Positions 41,290-57,431 are shown, counted from the first letter of the stretch. The stretch: 64,000 bases of DNA from Octopus sinensis (GCF_006345805.1 NC_043001.1:93496001-93560000), one strand, 5' to 3'. The notes: generated by a model not told the origin, from the sequence alone. Numbers and translations: made by a program.

Positions 41290-42605
41290 AAAGGAAAAAT
41301 GACGTGGATGTTGAGAATGACGGAATAACCTGCCATCCTTCAGATAAGCACGATAATGAACATAGTGGTTATGTTTTTTTTTATAGATTTTAATGGTGAA
41401 TATAACGCTGAGTAAGAATGAAAAAGAGTGGGAGAAAGTAAAAGAATTATAGATGGATAAAGAAAGGGAGAGGTGGGAAGAGAGGGTGAGAGAGACAGAG
41501 AGATAGGCAAATAATGGTAGATAGAATATAGGGGAGATAGAAGAGAATGGGAGAAAAGCATATGGGGAGAACGGGAGAGGAATAGGGCTTCGGAATTCAG
41601 GGAAAGATGTTGAAGCTTTGTAAAGAAAGTAGAAGTGAATGTTTTGAAGAGATGATAAACCATAAAGAGAAATAGAACAAAAGGGAGAATAAGAAAGATA
41701 AATAGAGAGATGAATGGGAGAAGAGAGAAAGAAAGATAACGTAAGAATAAGAGCGAGCGAGAGACAGAGAGAGAGAAAGAGAGAGGAAAGAAGAGAAAGA
41801 AGCTGAAGAGAGAAAGGGATTACGAGATATAAAGTCAAAGATGAAGTAAGGTTCTTGAGCGAAATATTCAAGAATGCATTTCCCATAAGAGGGCACATTT
41901 CTCGCTCTATTCAAAAAGTAATTAACGAATCAATTAAATCAAACGCCTGCGCTCTCTTTCATTCTAATCCTTTCATTCATTCATTCATTCATTCATTCAT
42001 TTCATTTTGTCTTTAATGCATTCTATATTTCTCTTTCTCTATTCCTATCTTCACTTCATTCCTATATTCTCTGACCCTCTCACATCCTAATTCTGTCTCC
42101 ATTTCTTTTATCTGCATGGATCTCTTTCTTCTATACACAGTTTCTCCCTCCACAGCATGCATTCACGCACATACACATAAACATACAGACACAGTGACAT
42201 AGAAGCATACACTCAACCGTACACAAACATCCAATTTTTCTCATACACGCTTGCTATAAAGCCTTTCACATTCTTCCCATACGCCACTTCACACAAACAA
42301 TCTCACCCTTTCTGAGTCCTTCAGCATTTCTCTTTTGTCTTGCCTTAAATTTGTTTTCACATTTCATAACATTTTAATGCCTTTACAGAGGTATTTCTCT
42401 ATCAGTCTCTGATACCCTCCATCTCTTTTCTCTCGTATCTTCCTTTCTTTGTCAGTCTCCCTTTCTCGCTGTGTATCAGTTTATTTCTCCATTGCACTTT
42501 TCACATCTCTCTCTCGCTCTCCCATCTTTCTTTCTTCCTTTCGTTCTTTCTTTCTTTCGTTCTTTCTTTCTTTCGTTCTTCCTTTCTTTCTTTCTTTCAT
42601 TGTAC

Positions 42606-42683
<78 letters not shown>

Positions 42684-42704
42684 GTATACCTATGTATGCA
42701 TAAG

Positions 42705-42755
<51 letters not shown>

Positions 42756-42905
42756 GTATATATATATATGTGTATATGTGTTTGTGTATGTTTATGTATA
42801 TCTATAGGTATATATATATATATATATATACATATATATATACCTATATATATACATACACATACACAAACACAAACACACACATATATATATATACCCA
42901 ATGCC

Positions 42906-42946
<41 letters not shown>

Positions 42947-43001
42947 CATTTTCTGTCTGTATCCCTCTCTGCCTGTCTCTCTGTCTGCCTCTTTCCCCCT
43001 A

Positions 43002-43040
<39 letters not shown>

Positions 43041-43609
43041 ACTCTCCAACTAGCCATATTCTGAAAGTATCACTTCAATTCTTATATTGATATATATTTC
43101 CAACACATAAATTTCACCTCACATATATTTTCATATTAACCACCACCAGTGCCGCCTCCTCCTCCACCACCACCACCACCACCACCACCACCACCACCAC
43201 CACCATCATCATCATCAACCACATGTTTTTCTCCTTTGCGCTTTTTCATTCCCTCCTTCTTATCGCTTTATCTCTCCGATTCTTATCTCACACGTTATTT
43301 TTCTCCCTTTGCTCTCTTTGTCCACAATGCTCCGCCACTCCGTGCCAGCCTACCCATGAAAATATCATTACAGAGTCTCTCTCCATACACAGCTTAAAAG
43401 GAATTGTAAAGGTTTATTGAATTTATCTCCATATTAAGTAACACAACAAAGCCAAAACAAAGTAATTTGTAAAGCATCTAAAGCCACTTCTGGCATGAAC
43501 AGCGACGGCGACGACTACGACGACGACGACGACAACGATAATAACGTTAATAACAACAGTAAGGAAAGCTGGAGAAACTAATAATAAAACTACTACTACT
43601 ACTACTACA

Positions 43610-43661
<52 letters not shown>

Positions 43662-43737
43662 TTACCACCTCCACCACCACCACCACCGTCGTCGCCAGAA
43701 CGACGACGACGACGACCTCCACCACCACCACCAACAT

Positions 43738-43775
<38 letters not shown>

Positions 43776-43894
43776 ATAATAATAATAATAATAATACTAG
43801 TGCTACTGCTGCTGCAACCGTCACCGTCAGAACGACGACGATGACGACAACGACGACGACTACCACCACCAACACCATCAAGAACAATACCACC

Positions 43895-43927
<33 letters not shown>

Positions 43928-44900
43928 GTTACTACTACTACTACTACTACTACCACCACTACCGCCACATTTGGAAATAATAACGTATAATAGTAATAAA
44001 ATGCAATAATGATAATGCTGATGGTGGTAGTGGTGGTGGTGGTGGTAGTAGTGGCAGTGGTGCTGCAGCTGATGATGATGATAACGGTGATGATGATAAG
44101 AGTAACAACAAAAGGAGAAATGAAAGTGAAAGACGAAGAAAAGGAAAAAGAAGAAAAGAAGTAGTGCAAAGCATTAATGACAGCAACTTAGAAGTTTGTA
44201 CATAGAAGTTTCTACATAATTTTTAGTCATATAAGCTCAACGTACACGAGGAGTAACTAAAAAAGAACATTATGAATAAGGATAAAGAATTATGACAAAA
44301 AATATCGATAAGAAGAATAACAATGAACAAATAAATAAATAAGAATATGATTATAATAATGAAAAATAACCATAGCTAAAAATATTAATAGTATAACATG
44401 TAAATATAAATGTAACGCTATAAATTGTTATGAAAAATGGAGTGAGGAGTTGGACGTCTGAAATATGAACATTCAATATAGCCTTTAGGGTAAACAGCAG
44501 CAACAGCTGCAGAAACAGCAGTAGAAACAACAAGTGCAGCAGCGGCAGCAGCAACGGCAGCGGCAACTAGAGCAGCAGCCACATGTGCAGTCGGAACAAT
44601 AATTGCATCAGCGCGGTATTGACATCAGTATGAACATGAGAACAGCGCAGTCAACAAATTTAAGTAACACAACACCATCAGAACAGTGAAAAAGAAAAAA
44701 ACAAAAACAAAAACAAAAACAGCAACAGTAAGATCAAGAACAACTATAACAACAACAACAACCACAACTACAACAATCACCACAAGCAAGCCGACAAGAA
44801 GAAACTGAATGAGCAATGAATGTAAACGATGGACAGAAACAATAACTGTGTGGAACAACAACAACAACAACAACGACAACAGCGTTTAAAATACGATAGG
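41290..44900. repeat. Extended low-complexity block: GA-rich, CT-rich, (TATC)n, (TA)n and trinucleotide mosaics (ACT/ACC/ACG/AAT/CAA/CAG)
   Basis: Directly visible. It is the source of the 203-, 197- and 248-aa homopolymeric ORFs. Confidence 0.9.
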
Positions 44901-46804
44901 TTTTCAGCAACCAGTAACAAAGCAAAAGAGGAACCGTTGCGGCAAGATTTCACATTTAAAATAAAAACAAAGATATATAAAAAAAAAAAATGGTGGGAAG
45001 TAGTGGAAGAAGGAAGAAGAAATCGATATTTATCAACCCATTTAATTCTTGTTTGCTTTGAACGCATGAAAAATAGTGTGGGGTAGTGAAGATTGAAGGG
45101 CAATTGTTTCTTAAATACTTCCAGGACACTTTGATACATTAAAGAGTTAGGTTTTTTTTTCAATAGAAAATCTTTAAACTACAGCAGTAAAATTTTCAAT
45201 TTTTTTCTCAACTCACACACCCTCTCGAAATATATGAAAAAGTAACAAAAACTAACAACTAAATTTACAAAACATTAGAAAGCAAAACATCAATAGCCTA
45301 CTTCTCAGTTCGTTATATTTAGAAACATGGAGGTACATTCGAATCTGTTTAAATATTCTGAGAGCTGCAAATGGCAAGGCTGATGGGTGTGGAATTGGCA
45401 AACCAAATGATTCATTCACAGTTTGTATTACGTCACCGTCATAATGAGGTATCCATGGTTACCAACTTCAAAGGGGCATGTTTTACTCGGTTGTAAATAG
45501 CTAACATGGTACGACTCCCTATTATAAACAGTCGGTTACTTGCAAATCTGACGGATATTACATTAGCTTGTTTTTATGTATTGAAGCGCTAACCCAACTG
45601 CTGATGGAAAGGATTGTAATCCCCGCCAAGTTGACTTCTCCTAGATACATTAGTCTTCGGTTGACTCCCTTTAGACCCAATGGTTTATGATACTCATTAT
45701 CTTTTCAATGAATTGTGTGTTGCTGGAAGGGAATTCAATTTTCTACAAATAACGCGCTGAAGTTACTCATACAATTTTACAGACTCTGATAATATAACGT
45801 CAAATGATTTTTTCTCTCTCATCTCTAATTCCATTCTCGTCTTTCTCTCCCTCTTTGGTTATTAAAGGCGCGCTGAATTTTTTGCAGGTAAATGGAGCGA
45901 TATGAAATTTTATGTGCGCTTTTGAAAGGAAATTAAAGCAACAGTGGTCTTGTGATATTTCTAGATCTATGCGAGGAAGGGATACTTCCAGTGGAAAATG
46001 CCTGACAGAGATTAAGGATGTGAATGCATTGGAATTGATTAAGAGACTCGTAAATTATTCTATTTGGTATGATCTATGACTATAAAAAGTCACAAAGCAA
46101 TATTTCAAGGTTGTCATACTTCAGTGTTTTAGCACTATTTCAACAGTAGAGCAGATTCAAAGAAATAACAGTACATTACAAAAGAGAAGCGAATTTAATT
46201 TCTAATCACTCTGGTAATAGTATATATATCCACAAAAATAAAGAATAATATTTTAGTTAAAGGCTCGCCACAGTTGCCATGGGATCGAACCCGCGCCCAT
46301 GTGATCGCCAAGCGAACTTCTTAACAACAGAACCTAGCCTGTATTCATAATTATGTCATTAATAAAACAATGTCGTGGGAAGTGCTGTAAGTTCCAGCAG
46401 TATCAAAATGCTATAAATGAGTAATTTAAGTATAATCATAAAAATCAATATGCAATTACTTAAGAGTAGAATTATTCTACGAGTATCATCCCTGTAGCTA
46501 CTCATTATTTGATTCAGTACTCTCGCCTCAGATTTGGTAACGTAATAGGTCTCTTGCTAATGTAGGGAGATAATACAAGGAAATTAGATTATGCGACTTC
46601 CGTGATTATTTTAAAGAAAACTAGCGATAAAATGAAGTTGAAGGAATAAAACTAGGCCTGGAAATTGGGTTTTGGAATTAGCTTCTAAGATAACTGTACT
46701 CTAAAGAGATTGCTTATCGATTACATTGCCAAGCTCAAAGCTAGAAATTTATAGGAATTTGATAATGTACGAATTATACTAAAGCTTCTCTTTTCTATGC
46801 ACAG

Positions 46805-46941
46805 CCTCCTCCATAATGGTAAAAACATGTGCACAAGCTCTAAGGAGACTCATTCGCAAACAAGAGTTTCCTAGCTCGATTCTATTGCACGGCAATTTTG
46901 GTCAGCTTCCTTCAAAAGAGCCTAAAATCAACTCAAATCTT
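46805..46941 (+). CDS. Weak candidate plus-strand exon (SSIMVKTCAQALRRLIRKQEFPSSILLHGNFGQLPSKEPKINSNL)
   Basis: Acceptor cttctcttttctatgcacag|CC, donor CTT|gtgagt, open frame of 45 codons. Confidence 0.25.
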
Positions 46942-48195
46942 GTGAGTTAAATTGAGTCTGTGAAAATTCCTAGGAATGAATGCTAAAATTGTTGGTTGGT
47001 TGACATTATGAATTGCCCGAGTTAACACGAACGAACCTTCGGTGATGCGATGATTTGAACAGAAGCCGTTCGTAGCAAACTTACAGAACTCATTTTCAAT
47101 TTCATAGCAATTCATGAATTGTTATTATCTCCTCTCTTTACTTTGGGATCTTTCGAAAAGTCCATGGGGCACTTTTCCAGTAGATGAATAACATCTTTAC
47201 AAAACATAATGAAGGGAAAATAAAATGCGTGGCTGCATACAAAAAAAAAGCTAAAATAAATTTGTCAACATGGTAGTAAGATATAAAATGTCTTCAAATT
47301 TGTTCTCCTTTCACACACTTTACATAATTTTTATAATCTACCACACTGTCAGTGCGTGTCGGTCAACTATAATCAATCTGTGGCAATAATTGTAAAGAGG
47401 GAAGTTTATATTTTCTAATACCACGACACGATGAAATGACATTTGCTGCTAAATTAACTGAGTTCCAAAGTGGTCAAGATTATTTCTCCTTAATCACGTT
47501 TTCATTCGTCAAATACGAGTAAGTGTCTATGAAAGAAGTTTTTGTAGCTGCTGTCGTTGTTATGGTTAAAGGTGTTTATGGTTATGTTTAGTGATGGTTC
47601 AAGTGAACGGTCGTCACTGTTTCCAAGTGACACAATTCGTGTTGTCGAGACTGAAGTTCTTGTTGCAGCTATTAAAAGCTGTAATAATGTTTATCGTTTT
47701 TATTAATATATTTCCCTTAGTAATGGCTGATTTTATTGCTTTTATTTTTGTCGCTTGTGGCATTACTAACAGTAGTAAGGACTCCGATATTAGATGTATG
47801 ATGAAAATTGTTATTTTTACGATGGCAATGAACAGGAGCGATTATACTTTTGTTATTAATAATGCTATTACTGTTTAGAAACCATTATTACATGTGCTAT
47901 TGTGTTGTAGTTAGAGCTAATGGCACTGGTGCCTAGTATCGTTATGATGTTGATATTTGGTGTTATTGGTGTTATTACTTTTTTACTATAAATAATAGCT
48001 GTCATGGTTGTGCTGTTGTTGTCGAGTTGATGAAAATGAAGATATTTGTGGCGGAGGATTACTGTAGTGGAGAGTAGTTGTGGAAAGTCAATCAATCTGA
48101 TATTTATCAAGACGCCATAATGTGAGTAGAAGAATGGAGAAAGATGGATTTGACATTGTGGAAGCAAAAGCTGGGACAGCACACACGCACACACA

Positions 48196-48269
<74 letters not shown>

Positions 48270-48399
48270 CAAACGCACACACACAAGACTCATTATCTCA
48301 CACAGGCACAAATCATGAATACACGCAGATACACACACGTGCATACGGACACACTATTCGTATAAGAATAAATATGGTTATACGAATATAGAAATATTA

Positions 48400-48444
<45 letters not shown>

Positions 48445-48450
48445 ATAGAC

Positions 48451-48484
<34 letters not shown>

Positions 48485-49059
48485 GTATATATATATTTAT
48501 GAATGTGTGCGTATATATATGCATATATATACACATCCCTATATACGTAATATATTTGAGTGTGTCTGTGTGTTTGGACATGTTTGGGCGTACAGATGCA
48601 GCTGTGTATGTATATGCCGTTGATATATGTATGTGTTTATGATGTGCCAGTTATTATTTCCAATCACAATGCCATATCCATCTTTTAGAATACTTCTATT
48701 GACATTATGACGTCTTGATAAATTTCAGATTGATCGTCTCTCCATAAATACATTCAAATTGAAAATCACTGCGCGATTCTTCGCCACAAACATCGTCACC
48801 GTCATCGCCACAGAAACAACACAGTCATAGCAAATACATATCGCAGTAACACAATAACATAAAAGGCACAAAGGATTTTCGGCTTCACAACTGTCATAAC
48901 TGTTCCAGCTAACACTAGCATTGACTATAACAACATCATTATGCTTCAGCTACAAACACAAAAACACTCACACACACACTCGAACATGCAAACACTCACA
49001 TACATACACGCGGACGCACAAATATGTAAATAAGTATGCCTATATGAACATTCTGTCTG

Positions 49060-49112
<53 letters not shown>

Positions 49113-49198
49113 ATATACTGATATACCCTGCTTACTCTTCTCTCCTCTGCGTCTGTCTTCCGTTTGTTATATAAGTTTTACCAGTATAAATAATTATA

Positions 49199-49214
<16 letters not shown>

Positions 49215-49230
<16 letters not shown>

Positions 49231-49444
49231 GTATAATAATAAATATTAGGGAATGAATCCAAAATTACAGGGAAAAATCAGATTTAGGGTTAAATCCAAT
49301 TTTATAGTAAAATATTATATAATATAATTCGAGACAAAACCACTATTTTAAAACCAAACAAGGAAAGACTTAATCAATACATAAAATTTTAATATAAATT
49401 GTTTGGTTTTAAAATAGTGGTTTTGTCTCGAATTATATTATATA
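49215..49444. mobile_element. Relative of the 6776-7300 repeat ending in a perfect 46-bp fold-back
   Basis: Arms at 49316-49361 and 49399-49444 with a 37-nt spacer. Confidence 0.6.
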
Positions 49445-49504
49445 TATATGTATATATATTTTATTATTATTATTATTACTATTATCATTATTATTATTAT
49501 TAAG

Positions 49505-49735
49505 ACGAGGAAAGAACTTGGAGAGTTGATCCTTCATCCAGGCTTCTTGCAACGCACTTAAAGCCGGGAATCTTTCAGTACACATATACGTCAGGTGTTC
49601 ATTGATTGCAGAGCAACACGCGATGAAGCATTTTCCCCAAGAGCACAATGCATCACAAAGTCCAGGGATCTAAATCATGAAATCACGATCTGGTGCTCCT
49701 GAGTGCATCACCATAAACTCCAGGTCACACACGTC
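49505..49735 (-). mobile_element. Diverged SINE related to family C
   Basis: Remnants of the ttcttg(a/g)g(c/g)aaa core and the tRNA-like head. Confidence 0.5.
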
Positions 49736-50161
49736 GCTTACACACACACACACACACGAATACACAAACATAATACATACACACATACATACATGCACAC
49801 ATACACAGATACTTGCATAAAACATGCATAAATACATACACACAAACATACATATATACATACACACAGAAAGAAATAAAAAAAGAGAGAAAGAAAGAAA
49901 GAAGTGTGATGGTAATGCTTTTTTCTTGAATTATTGAAAATCTGAATGAATATGAACTGTGAATGACGAAGCTAATGATGAGCCTATCGTAGACTAGACA
50001 TGCACTGGGTTTAGATTTTTCCAGAACAAAACATCAAACAATTGATTTGAATTATTTATTATACCAGTATTGTTTCAGTAACGGCGGGTGCTGCCGCTTC
50101 TACTACTACTACTACTATACTACTACTACTACTACTAACTACTACTACTACTACTACCACT

Positions 50162-50305
50162 AAGCGCAGGAGTTGCTGTGTGGTAAGTAGCTTGCTTACC
50201 AACCACATGTTTCCTGGTTCAGTAGAACTGTCTTCTACTATAGTCTCGGGTCGACCAAAGCCTTATGAGTGGATATGGCAGACAGAAATTGAAAGAAGAC
50301 TTTTG

Positions 50306-50356
<51 letters not shown>

Positions 50357-50550
50357 GTGAGTGTATATGTTTGTCCCCCAAATATCGCTTTACATATGAT
50401 GGTGGTGTGTTTACGCCCCCGTAAGTTAGCGGTTCGGCAAAAGGGACCGATAGAATAAGTTCTAGGCTTACAAAGAATAATGCTTGGGTCGATTTGCTCG
50501 ACTAAAGACGGTGCTCCACCATGGCTGCAGTCAAATGACTGAAACAAGAC
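50162..50550 (+). mobile_element. SINE family B with internal deletion in the head
   Basis: Matches 5836-6274. Confidence 0.85.
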
Positions 50551-51057
50551 TACTACTACTACTGCAATAATGGTTTCAGATTTTGGCACGAGTCCAACAC
50601 GTACGTAAGGAGGATTAAGTCCATTATTTAGACATCTGCGCTCGCTGAACAGGCCCTTAATATGATCGACACCGAAATTGTGAGAGGTAAAATCGACCTC
50701 AACGGAATTTGATCTCAGACCATGATGACGGACAGATTGCCGCTAATCATTTCTCTTGTGATCTAACGACTGTATCGGCTCTCTGCATCGACCCTCTCCC
50801 CCAGTACTCACATAGTAGTTATTATACCACCCCCCCACAAAGTAATGGTGTACTCATTGTAACGTGGTAAGACTAATACCAGGATGCCATTTTTTTTTTC
50901 GATGCGCTAAACGGTTCTGTCATGTTTTAGTTTTCACCATTTCTGTCTTCTATTTCAATCAACTGTGGAATCTATTCTATATTGTTGAGATGAGAAATTC
51001 CGTACATTATTTACATTATTTACATTAGACCGATATGTCCTCATCTTGTTTGCTGTT

Positions 51058-51100
51058 ATCACAACGTTTCGGCTGTTAACACAACGTTTCATCAGGTGTT
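51058..51100 (-). ncRNA. Rearranged hammerhead motif in a Penelope-like tail (51000-51160)
   Basis: Minus strand reads AACAC-CTGATGA-AACGTTGTGTTAACAGCC-GAAACGTT-GTGAT. Stem II has been replaced by a duplicated GAAACGTTGTG. Confidence 0.4.
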
Positions 51101-51182
51101 CTGTAAGAATTTTGAGCCCAACTCTTGGTTATCCTTCCTAAGGTATTTTCTTTACTGATGTTATTATTATTATTATTATTAT

Positions 51183-51807
<625 letters not shown>

Positions 51808-51880
51808 TAATAATAATAATAATAATAATAACATCAGCAAAAAGTAACTTAGGATTCAGAACTCAGGGTTGAATCAAATT

Positions 51881-51925
51881 CTTCCTGATGAAGGCTGGAG
51901 AGTAAATCAGGCGAAACGTTGTGGT
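51881..51925 (+). ncRNA. Degenerate minimal hammerhead motif in a Penelope-like tail (51843-51975)
   Basis: CTGATGA-A-GGCTG-loop10-CAGGC-GAAA-CG-TT-GTGGT. Stem II has 1 mismatch and the stem I 5' arm is lost. Confidence 0.4.
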
Positions 51926-53451
51926 AACAACAAACAGATGAGGACACATACCCGGCCAATGTAAATAATCCATGGAATCTGTAAGGATGTAATTATGTGT
52001 CTTTGAATGCCATCAATGTAACTAGAGAGGTTTAAAATGTATATTAATTCGTGGATAGTTGGAATTAAGGGACAGAATTTCCTGCCGAACGTTGCTGTAT
52101 CTATTTCTTCTATCACAATCATTTCGTAATTCTGTTCGTGGTGATCAACTTGATAGTCGTTAATATATTTGTCATTGATATGTTTGTCAATACGATGATG
52201 ATGATTATGATCGTGATGATTATTGTAGTGGAAATAATGATGCTGATAATTACGATGGAGATTATATTGTCAATGAAGTTTTTGATGTTGGTAATGATGA
52301 TTATCACCAGGACGACGGCCATCACCACCACCGACATTATCACCACCCTACTCCTTCTCCTTCCCTCTCCTCCTCCTTCTCATCATCATCACATCCTACT
52401 CCTTCTTATCTTTCTATTTCTCCTCCTCAGTATTATCGTCGTCTTTGCCGTTGTCATCATCATCCTTATCGACACGTTTGTCCTTGCTACCGTCCCCGTC
52501 GCCTTCCGCCGTCTGATCCTCCTTATTTTGGAGGTTCACCAGACAATATAACATCATGAAGTTATATGAATAATTTGCTAATTCTGTAAATATTATTTCT
52601 CAATATTCTGTGGTAAAATTCATGATGAAAGAAAAAAAAAACTAGTCCGATGATAAATAGAACTTCAATAAATACAAGAAACAATAAATACATCGGTTTT
52701 GGCATCATTAACAAATGCAACAAATAAAGGAAAATTAAAATAAAACCACATCTTGTAAACAAATCAACACATGTTTGATCTCCATAGAACAAATAGAAAA
52801 AATAAAAAGGCCTAAAGAAACCGAAAATAAACAATATAAACCTGAATGATGCGAGGAAAAAGAAAAGATAACAAACAGCAATAAGTAAAATTACAGCAAC
52901 AACAATGACAAAGACAGCCGTTTTGTTTTTCTAATTAACATGGCAATTGCTTTAATTTCCTAAACAAGAGAGAAAAAGAAATGGTTGAAGAAAGAGTTAA
53001 AAATAAATAAATAAATTCGTTTTTCAATTTATTGACAGATCAGCGTTTCAATTAAGACGTTCAGTTTCAAACTGTTGCGAGAGCAGTGAAGGAAATTGGA
53101 GGAAAATAAGGCGAAAAATAAGAAACGGAAGAACAAGAGAGAAATATCCAACTAATAAATGAAAGTAAAATGGAAGTATATGGGTTTAGTGGAAAAATTA
53201 ACGGCAAGAAAATGGAAGCCGTATTGTAAGACAAACAGGAAAGATTATGTGATGAAAATGAAAGTAAATATAGAAAGTAAAACTAGAAATTGGAGAAAAA
53301 CATTCAAGTAGAAAGAAAAGGTAAACATGTGACGACAATAGCAAAGAAGACAAAGAGGTTTCATTCTCTCATTATATTCAATAATCTTCCCTACCCCTTT
53401 GTGAAAATCTGGCATTAGAACTGCATATGGATTGTATCAGAGTCTCCATGA

Positions 53452-53535
<84 letters not shown>

Positions 53536-53626
53536 GTCTGTCTATCTACCTAACTAAGCACTCTCTTAATATAAATGTGTGTGTAAATACAAGCATACAT
53601 GCACATATATGCAGACACATATGTTT

Positions 53627-53724
<98 letters not shown>

Positions 53725-55020
53725 GGAGGATAGAGAGATACAATTAAATATACACATATATACACATACACTTTCAATGAAATTCAGTCCCACGGGGTCC
53801 TCGTCCTATAAGTTATACACCAATATAAACACATACAGGCATTTACATACACACATGAGCCCCACACACAGACACGCACGTACGCACACACACACACACG
53901 TCCACACACACGTATACATAGTCACGCGCACGCACATATACTCACGCTAGCGCGCGTTTGTGTGTATTAATCAACTTTAGTTGATTAATTAATTTAGTAA
54001 TTACTTTCTGTTGATTAAATAGACTAATAACCTTCCGCTAGTGTATTTGGCCTTGTGCCTAAAAAAAAAAACAAAAACAAAAAAGACAAAACAAGTCATG
54101 GTAGATTATAGTGAGAGCGCAATATCAAAAGTTCCATTTACAGTAAACTGCATCGAACATCTAATACGCAGTTAAAACAAATATAGGCTCAATTCCCGTA
54201 CACTTTAATTACTCCCCTAATGCAGTTAATACAGAGAAAAATTATGAACCTCTGTACTTCCTACTTTATACATCTAAGCAGAATGCATTTCTGATGAGAT
54301 AAATAAAGCAAAACTGAAGTAAAAAATATTGAAAAAATATACGCATTCAATGAATGAAAGTAAAGTAAGAATGGAGTCGAAAGGTCAAGAAGTTGAAATA
54401 ATGGAAAAAGGAATAATCCGGGGGAGAAATGAAAGAAAAAAATTTGGAAGAAGGCAATGTAAGTAAAGTATAATTCAGTGTAACACAATGCAGTAATGAA
54501 TTAGATAATGAGAACAATGGAGCAACGTTCAGAAATTAAATACAGCGACGAGGAAAGGGAAGACGACGTAAGGGTGACAGGATAATAATGATTATGAAGT
54601 GTCACTTTTTTTTAATGCTTATTGGTTGCTTTTGTGGTTGTTGTATCGCTGTATTGATTTTCGTACAATTATTGGCATATGTTGACGTTATAATTGAAGT
54701 TGGTTTACGTCTTCCTTATATTGTTTATTATAAATTTAGCTTTGTTATATATATTCATTGCGCATTAGCCGATTTTGTTGCCGGAAATATGTTGTTTGTG
54801 GTTTGCAATGTTCCCTGATTTGGCTGTTGGTTACGTTTTTTATAGGTTATGTTTCTTTTTTATACAATGAGTATTGTTAATGCCTTTTTTTGTAATATTC
54901 CATTGCTTGGCGAATGTATTGATTTTTCTCCGAACATTTTACCTATTTTCTTGTATCTTTCCCTTGTGGTTTAGTTGGGAAAATTTCATTATTTGAGTAT
55001 TTTGTAAATGCGTATCTGGA

Positions 55021-55053
<33 letters not shown>

Positions 55054-55546
55054 TGTATGTATGTATGTATGTATGTATGTATGTATGTATGTATGTATGC
55101 ATGTATGTATGCATGTATGTATGTATGTATGTATGTATGTGGTATATCGCAATACTACACAGTGGCTGTATGAGCCACGAAATCCTCGTCGCCACTGTTA
55201 TATCGCACGTTCGGATGCCTTCTACTCAACTCTCTCTCTTCTCTCTACCTGCTATTCAACTGTTCTCTACGACTTTTAGACTTCTCCTTCTATGTTTACG
55301 TATTGGGCTAGCCTACTTCATCGTCTGGGGGTGTCCACACAATAGTATTCAAGTATGTATGTATGCATGCATGTATATCTTATGCATATGTAAATGTAAA
55401 GATGTGTACGAATGGACTGATGTATAGGTGAATAAATAAATAAATGGATACAAGTATGTATAACTGTTCAAATTTAGAGAGCAGACCAACAATACTGAAG
55501 AGTGGTGCAAATGACCAGAATCCTCCACCCCGAATAAAAAATAAAT

Positions 55547-55796
55547 AAATGCGCCCTTTTAAAGCCTAACCAGGCTCATAGAGCTGGTTTCCCGATTTCG
55601 ATGGTGTATGTGTTCCCCGGCTGGACAGGGCGCCAGTCCATCGCAGCGTAAGCTCATTTTTGCTAGCTGAGTGGACTGGAGCAACGTGAAAGGACGTGTT
55701 TTGCTCAAGAACACAACTTGTCGCCCGGTCCAGGAATCGATACCACAGTCTTACGATCATGATGCTGACAACCTAACCACTAAGTCAAGTGCCTCC
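55547..55796 (-). mobile_element. SINE family C
   Basis: Homologous to 26720-26968. Confidence 0.85.
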
Positions 55797-56774
55797 ACCT
55801 CCAACCCCAATAATTATACTTTATTTTATCGACTCCGAATGTATGAACAGCAAATTTGTTTTAGGTCGGATTTGAACTTATAATTTATAGTATCGTTACT
55901 AACTGCCAACGCTTAATTAATTTTGTCAATTCGGCGGATTTTTGTGTGTATATCTAATGAAGAATGGACATAGAGTTATTATTAAATGTTTATTTACATA
56001 CTTATATGCATACAGAAATAGGGACATACATGCCTGCGTATATATATATATATGAGTGTGTGCATACGTATATGTAAAAATGTAAGTGTATGTAATCAGA
56101 TATATTTATATTAGCTATCAGGGAAGGGTGGGATATTTTTTCAAGTTAAATCAATCTCGCTCATCGTAACATCATTTACGAGAACATTGACAATATTTAA
56201 GCCGTTAGTTTGTTTCTGTTTATGTATACTTTCTTATAAGTATTTATGTATATGTACAAGTTTGTAAATGTGAGCATGTGTGCGTGAGTGTGTATGTATG
56301 TGTGTGCGTGCGCCCGTGCTCACATGTATGAATATGTTATATAACGAATATATGAGTTTGGGACTATTTTCATTCTTGTGAAATTTAACGTATTGCAACA
56401 ACGCCGTGAAAAAGCTACATTGATAGCCTGCAAGGTATTGCATAACTCGTATCTCCAATGCACTAATTAAATTCATCAAGTTAAAACAGCTTGCCATGTT
56501 TACTTAGAATTTATCATATTACATTAATCATTTTCAGTTTGTTCAGCGGCTTACAAGAAAGTCGTTTATTAATGAGAAGATTTCCAATTTGTTACCGTTG
56601 AGAAGATTTTTATTTGTTACCGATGAAGAGATTTTTAATTTATAGTTTGTTGTTAATGTTAGCTTTCGTCCGGATTAATGCATTTTCTCTTCTTCCTTAT
56701 ATGTTTTCAGAGATAAAATTTAACTATTAATAGATAGAATCCATTCTCGTCGTTTCGTACACGCTAGTGTGTAA

Positions 56775-56785
56775 TATATATAAAA

Positions 56786-56881
<96 letters not shown>

Positions 56882-57022
56882 CTTAATCCAAACATGAAAA
56901 CACAAAGAGAAAACACAACAACGCGAGCGAGGATGTGGAACAAGTATAGTGTTATTGGACGCTCAGGAAAGGAAAGAGAGAATATATACATATATATATA
57001 TATATATAATATTATATATATA

Positions 57023-57068
<46 letters not shown>

Positions 57069-57139
57069 ATATGTATATATATATGTATATATATATATAT
57101 TATATATATATATATAATATATATATATATGTATATATG

Positions 57140-57170
<31 letters not shown>

Positions 57171-57431
57171 ATATATATATAATATAATATATATATTATA
57201 TATATATGTATTATATATGTATATATATATATATATGTATTATATATGTATATATATATGTATATTATATGTATATATATATTATATATATATATATATA
57301 TTATATATATATATATATTATATATATATATATATATTATATATATATATGTTGTTTTATTGTCTGGTTTATTATTTTTAGATTCTTCTATATTAAAGCA
57401 TATTAAACAGGAAAGGAAAGAAATAATATAT

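Noticed and set aside
41287-43064. 203-aa and 197-aa Leu/Ser/Phe-rich ORFs resembling membrane proteins
   Set aside because: They are derived from GA/CT low-complexity tracts.
43423-44169. 248-aa poly-Val ORF (-) and a stop-free Thr-rich mucin-like frame on + (about 43498-43990)
   Set aside because: It is a mosaic of ACN/AAT trinucleotide runs open on both strands, with no flanking domain, start context or clear splice sites.
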